The notes beneath the pieces are model-generated. The model saw only the letters and a program-made list of their open reading frames with translations. It did not search any database and was not told the origin of the DNA. A stretch of 64,000 nucleotides of DNA from Candidatus Omnitrophota bacterium (lineage in GTDB: Bacteria; Ratteibacteria; UBA8468; MWAK01): contig JAZDPL010000089.1 of assembly GCA_043797665.1 (NCBI GenBank), positions 1 through 64,000 of the forward strand. Reading direction: 5' to 3'. The translations under genes and the position numbers were made by a program. Each line of letters opens with the position of its first letter. Positions within the stretch are counted from its first letter, which is position 1. Positions 59,465 through 64,000 of this stretch are shown piece after piece.

Positions 59465-59672
59465 GTGACTTTCCCGTTGACTGGTTTTCGTTTTTATTTT
59501 CAAGCCATATTCTGACAGGTGATTATCTATCCAGTCTCCTCTGCCAACATAAGAAACCTTTTTCGGCAAACAAACCATCATACGGGTGCAATTAGTCTTG
59601 GCCGCAACGTCGATTCCTGAAAACTATATTGTTTAAAGCACAAAGCGATTTTTGGGGGTTAATTTGAGTATA

Positions 59673-60647
59673 TTATTGCTGAAGCAAAGAGCCAATCTGG
59701 CTAAAATACCTGAAATAAAACGAAATGACGATATATCCGACGTAAACCGCAATCAGCAGATAGACAATCACCGGCAACATTGCAACGAGCCGTTCGGTCC
59801 CAGTTTCAACCTCATGTTCCATGTAATTGATCACCCGTGTAAGAGTCTCGTCCATTTTCCCGCTCATTTCCCCGATGCGCAACATCTCAAGGAGCATCGA
59901 CGGGAAATAAGGATTGAGCGCAAATACTTCTGATATATTCCCGGATTCTTCCAGCCGCGGAACCATCTTGAGCGTTTCGCGTTCTATAACCGAATTCCCC
60001 ATCGTCTGAGCCGCTATTTGAACCGCTCTTATTATTCCGATTCCGGCAACATATAAACAGACAAATGCCCGGAGAAAACGGAGTAACACAACCCTTTTCA
60101 CCAGCGGTCCTACAACAGGCAAATTGATAATAATGCCGTCTAACCAAGAACCAAAAGCAGAAAGAGAGCACAACTTTTTCGGCAAAACCCCGAAAACAAA
60201 AATAGCAGCATAGAGAATAGCCAGAGCAGGTAATGTCGTGCCAAGGAAAGCTCCCAACCCTCTGGAAATAAGGTTTGGTACTGCCGGAATGATAATTGCC
60301 GCATGGAGAAGCATCGCCGGATATAACAGACCGCTTATAAGTTTGGCCCTTGCACGGTGAAGAAAATCGAAGTAATCTGCCAGTTTCTCAAGAACATCCG
60401 GGAGTGTCCCCGAGGCCTCTCCGGCACGCATAATTGCCACCTCAAAAGGACTGAAAATACGGGGAGAAAAGTGCAAGAGGGCTTCGGTAAGCGACTTTCC
60501 TGAAGATATCCGGTCACAGAGAGTCAGAGTAACAGCAGCATCAAAACCCGTAGTCCTGATGGTTCCCAGAGCGTTCAAAATAGGCATCCCTGCCTTCAAC
60601 ATTACGCCCAACTGCCGGTAAAAAAGCGCTTTCGTCTGATATCTCAT
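59673..60647 (-). CDS. Type II secretion/type IV pilus platform protein (GspF/PilC family)
   Basis: F.RQL..ML.AG.PI, AGEASGTL...L..LADY, IGE.SG.MD..L. Confidence 0.9.
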   Translation of the reverse strand: MRYQTKALFYRQLGVMLKAGMPILNALGTIRTTGFDAAVTLTLCDRISSGKSLTEALLHFSPRIFSPFEVAIMRAGEASGTLPDVLEKLADYFDFLHRARAKLISGLLYPAMLLHAAIIIPAVPNLISRGLGAFLGTTLPALAILYAAIFVFGVLPKKLCSLSAFGSWLDGIIINLPVVGPLVKRVVLLRFLRAFVCLYVAGIGIIRAVQIAAQTMGNSVIERETLKMVPRLEESGNISEVFALNPYFPSMLLEMLRIGEMSGKMDETLTRVINYMEHEVETGTERLVAMLPVIVYLLIAVYVGYIVISFYFRYFSQIGSLLQQ

Positions 60648-60808
60648 ACCACTCCCTGCCCCCGAAGTTGCTATCAGCCAAATAAAGCAATTACTGACGA
60701 GTCTTCAGCAATAATCCTCTTGTATTATACCACCATCCTGTCGCAATTAGTCTTCTTCCCACAATCCCATTGACAGTTGTAACTAAAAAAGGTACAATTG
60801 TACCTAAA

Positions 60809-61420
60809 ATGGGTACAAGAAACAAGGAAACGAGTTTATCTGCTGTTTTGTTCGGTAAAACCCGTCGGGCAGTTCTTTCCTTACTCTACGGTCACGCCGA
60901 CCAGGCATTTTATCTGCGCGAGATTATCCGTAATGCCGGCGTTGGTCCGGGTGCTACCCAGCAGGAAGTAAAACAACTTTCCGAAGTCGGGATTATTAAG
61001 CGCACGGTTAGGGGACGCCAGGTTTATTACCAGGCAGATTCTGATTGTCCGATTTTCAATGAACTCAAAAATCTTGTAACTAAGACTGTCGGGATGGCGG
61101 ATATTTTAAGAAATTTCTTAACGCCACTTGCAGACCGTATTATAGCGGCGTTTATCTACGGTTCCGTTGTTCGCGGAGAAGACCGCAACGGGAGCGACGT
61201 GGATATATTGGTGGTGGGAGATATCGCTTTTACGGAAGTCTCCTCGGCTCTTTCCGGTGCCCAAAAGATACTTTCCAGGGAGGTCAACCCCAGCGTATAT
61301 CCCATCGCGGAATTTCGCACAAAATTGGCGAACGGACATCATTTCCTCAAATCTGTTATAGGCCAGGATAAGATTTTCCTGGTTGGAGACGAAGATGAGC
61401 TTAAGAGATTGGTTAAGTAA
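60809..61420 (+). CDS. wHTH-nucleotidyltransferase (MNT) antitoxin
   Basis: LFGKTRRAVL...YLREI HTH; YGS.VRG...SDVD. TTGACA-17-TACAAT at 60770-98 and TGTACC...GGTACA inverted repeat over the start. Confidence 0.88.
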   Translation: MGTRNKETSLSAVLFGKTRRAVLSLLYGHADQAFYLREIIRNAGVGPGATQQEVKQLSEVGIIKRTVRGRQVYYQADSDCPIFNELKNLVTKTVGMADILRNFLTPLADRIIAAFIYGSVVRGEDRNGSDVDILVVGDIAFTEVSSALSGAQKILSREVNPSVYPIAEFRTKLANGHHFLKSVIGQDKIFLVGDEDELKRLVK

Positions 61421-61599
61421 CGGATGGCTGATTGAGCACAAATTTTATTGACCAATTCGATTCTTTCCGTAAGAAAAGGAATATCGGCGGTTATGAACGG
61501 GCTGGTTTAGTATCTGATCAGGAAGCAACCGAGATGCTATCTCAGGGGTGGCTCCCATCACCGGAATCAGTGGCTCCTTTGACCGGAATACGCAGATAA
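61395..61599 (+). pseudogene. Internally deleted HEPN-like partner gene
   Basis: MSLRDWLSNGWLIEHK joined out of frame to IDQFDSFRKKRNIGGYERAGLVSDQEATEM (RNxxxY HEPN-like motif). Confidence 0.72.
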
Positions 61600-61649
61600 A
61601 TAGCCCGAATTTGAGTTACAGACTTGGTTTTCCCCCATTTTTTAGTGTT

Positions 61650-63004
61650 GAGGGAGAGTTGGACGCGTTCGAACTGGAACCTGGCTTAAATACCCCTTTT
61701 TTGTTATTCCCCCTACCCCACCATCTAGCCGTAATTGATTTTGACTTATCCCGATTGAAGAGCAAATCTAATGATGAGCAACAATTATGGAAACAATTAG
61801 TTGACAATTAATGCTTCGTTCATATAGAATATAACTATGGAAATTTCATATTCTCCCAAATTTGAACGGTCAGCACGGTTGATCCAACATTTGACCCAAG
61901 CTTCAAGTCTGTGTGCATGGATTCAGGAACAAGCTATAGATGTTTCCTGGATTGCGCCTACCCAGCGAGATGCTCTCGTACGATTAGCGCATTATTCTAC
62001 ACGTATTGAAGGGAATCCTCTGACCCTCCCTGAAGTAGAAGCACTCGCCATGGGTAAGGATTTGGCTGTTGAGGAGCATGCTAAACGAGAAGTGTTGAAT
62101 TATTTTGCTGCACTCCGGTGGATCTGGACAAAAAGTCCAACTTATACAATTGAAGAAAAAGAACTTCTTAATCTCCACAGACTCTTAACACAAGGGTTAC
62201 TTCCTTTATCAGAATCCGGGACTTATAAGACAAAACCCAATGCTGTCTTCAAGGATAGTCGTATAATCTACAAACCCCCGCCTCCGGAAGCATCTCCGAT
62301 TCTTACCTGCAGCTTATTAAAATGGCTTAATTCCAACGAAGCAAGAGACGAACATACCGTTATCGTGGCTGCTATAGCCCACCATCGCCTTGTGTCAATT
62401 CACCCATTTCTGGATGGAAATGGCAGAGTCGCAAGAGCCTTAGAATCCTGGCTTCTTTATCATCGAGGTTTTGATACTTATCATATCTTCGCTCTCGATG
62501 AGTTTTTCGAAATTGATCGCGAACGATACTACAACGAGATTCAGAAGGTACGGAGGCAAGAAGAAAATCTCACCTCGTGGTTGGAATACTTGGGCGAAGG
62601 AATTGTAGAAACTCTTAGAAAGACCCAACGCCGTATTCAATCTATACGTACCAAAATGCCAATCACAAAATTTACCTTGAACCATCAACAAGAAAGAATT
62701 ATGCGTATCCTTGGTGAAGTGCCAAAGATTAGCGGAGGTGAACTGGCAAGATCATTGGGTATATCCCGAAGCCATCTCAGTAAAGTGTTGAGCCCCCTTG
62801 TTAAAACCGGATTAGTCATAAAGGAAGGATCTACCAAGGCAGCGATATACCGACTTACCTAAAATTAAGCCAGCCGTCTTAGATTTCCGCGTTCCCTCGG
62901 TCAGGAGGGAGAGTTGGACGCGTTCGAACTGGAACTTGGCTTAAATACCCCTTTTTCTTGTTATCCCCCTACCCCACTCCCATGCTGTCGCAATTAATTT
63001 TGAC
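61650..63004 (+). repeat. ~100-bp direct repeats flanking the Fic gene
   Basis: GAGGGAGAGTTGGACGCGTTCGAACTGGAAC(C/T)TGGCTTAAATACCCCTTTTT... at 61650-61745 and 62905-63004. Confidence 0.92.
61837..62862 (+). CDS. Fic-domain protein with C-terminal HTH
   Basis: STRIEGN, HPFLDGNGRVAR, C-terminal wHTH. Confidence 0.93.
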   Translation: MEISYSPKFERSARLIQHLTQASSLCAWIQEQAIDVSWIAPTQRDALVRLAHYSTRIEGNPLTLPEVEALAMGKDLAVEEHAKREVLNYFAALRWIWTKSPTYTIEEKELLNLHRLLTQGLLPLSESGTYKTKPNAVFKDSRIIYKPPPPEASPILTCSLLKWLNSNEARDEHTVIVAAIAHHRLVSIHPFLDGNGRVARALESWLLYHRGFDTYHIFALDEFFEIDRERYYNEIQKVRRQEENLTSWLEYLGEGIVETLRKTQRRIQSIRTKMPITKFTLNHQQERIMRILGEVPKISGGELARSLGISRSHLSKVLSPLVKTGLVIKEGSTKAAIYRLT

Positions 63005-63094
63005 CAGGGGAGGAAAAACGTAGTATACTTTATGGTGGTTAGGCTGGAACCGGCTAAAATTTAACTTTTTGAAGCTAATGTGTTACGAGGAAGC

Positions 63095-63734
63095 ATGAAA
63101 GCTTGTCTGACATTTGTGAGCATGGTTGTTCTTTGCCTTCTATGCACCGGGTCCGTTGTCAACGGAGAAGGAACTTTTAATCCTGGTACAGAGCCCGATG
63201 GTTTCCGCAACATGACTTGGGGAACTGATATATCTGCCTTCGACGGACTTGAGCTTCTGCGAGATGATCCTGAAAAAGAATATGTGTATGTCCTGAAGGA
63301 ATATCAAGGGGTTAAAATATACAAGAGAAATGGAGATGAATATATGATAGGCGATAATATACAGTTGGCACTTACAGGTAATACTTCAGCAGCCCGAGGG
63401 TGGAGCAAGGTCCCAGAAGCACCGATTGAATGGTATTTCAAAAATGACAAGTTCTGTGGTGTTCACCTGATTACCGGCAACTACGCTTCTGGAGGTCAAT
63501 CTCTCGCAGGGTTCTTGGGAGGAAAAGGGAACAGTAATAGTTTCAGCGACCCCTGAAAATGCCGAAGTAAATATTGATGGGATTTTTATAGGTAATGTGC
63601 CCTGCAAGCTCTCGTTGAGTGACGGAATTCACATCATTGAAATAAAATCTGCTGGCTACAAAAACTATAGAAAGGAACTACGTGTTATAGGAGAGTCTGA
63701 AGTCACGATAAAGACTGCGTTGGAGAAAGAGTAG
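63095..63734 (+). pseudogene. Secreted protein with an out-of-frame PEGA domain (frameshifted or chimeric)
   Basis: Signal peptide and PDGFRNMTWG in the ORF ending at 63556; the +1 frame gives GTVIVSATPENAEVNIDGIFIGNVP...GIHIIEIKSAGYKNY to TAG 63734. Confidence 0.65.
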
Positions 63735-64000
63735 ATCCAAAGGCGAATCGAATCGCTGGAGAAGGGGTTTGTTTCCAAACGAATTGAGTCCTAGGGCAAT
63801 CGTGGAGGAGCAGCGGGTTCTTTTAAGTTATTTATTTCCGAACATCACCGTGAACGATAATAAAATCAAGCCAAATTACACTTTAGCATTCGAATTTTTG
63901 GCAAAATGGATACCCAAACTCAATAGAACTTTCGAACTTGCTGAAACCCGCATAGATAAAGGCGAAAACGGAGATTCCCCCCAGTTTGTCCTCCATTGCT

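Larger units (their letters stand above)
56658..63004 (+). repeat. Six dispersed copies of a ~35-bp gene-boundary motif CCCTACCCCACCATCCAGTCGCAATTAGTTTTGAC
   Basis: Copies at 56658-96, 57321-54, 59527-602 (split), 60730-54, 61710-45 and 62966-63004; all intergenic and in the same orientation. Confidence 0.85.

Noticed and set aside
61548..61811. 87-aa ORF
   Set aside because: Runs through the direct repeat and the Fic promoter; likely spurious.
56658..63004. CRISPR array
   Set aside because: Repeats are 0.6-2.2 kb apart and degenerate; there are no cas genes.

Overview
Bacterial chromosomal window; the taxon cannot be determined from the sequence alone. (1) 0.2-13.2 kb: a minus-strand catabolic cluster with two LacI regulators, glycoside-hydrolase-like proteins, a deacetylase, an M24 peptidase, TPP-dependent E1 alpha/beta without E2/E3, a cyclase, a UroD-like protein and a frameshifted HAD. 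(2) 13.4-22.6 kb: malQ, HD-GYP, a double-cubane-type reductase/activase/polyferredoxin operon and a PAS-kinase/receiver pair. (3) glyS, then an AT-rich defence island (YhcG nuclease, fused HsdR_N-N6-MTase, HsdS-like subunit, and a TcmP-methyltransferase-like/SPL-like radical SAM fusion), then glyA. (4) Housekeeping genes: mfd, tRNA-Ala(CGC), mutL, mutS, CNNM/TlyC, an AbrB/RelE-like pair, ald, nadE, hisD. (5) 52-64 kb: an accessory region of unrelated genes separated by six co-oriented copies of a ~35-bp motif, resembling a non-integron cassette array. Several families of palindromic miniature elements are scattered through the window. Many sit in frame inside proteins (including a 273-bp TIR/TSD MITE in mfd), and a 24-29-bp hairpin module is nested inside other repeats. 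Product calls come from motif recognition, not database searches.
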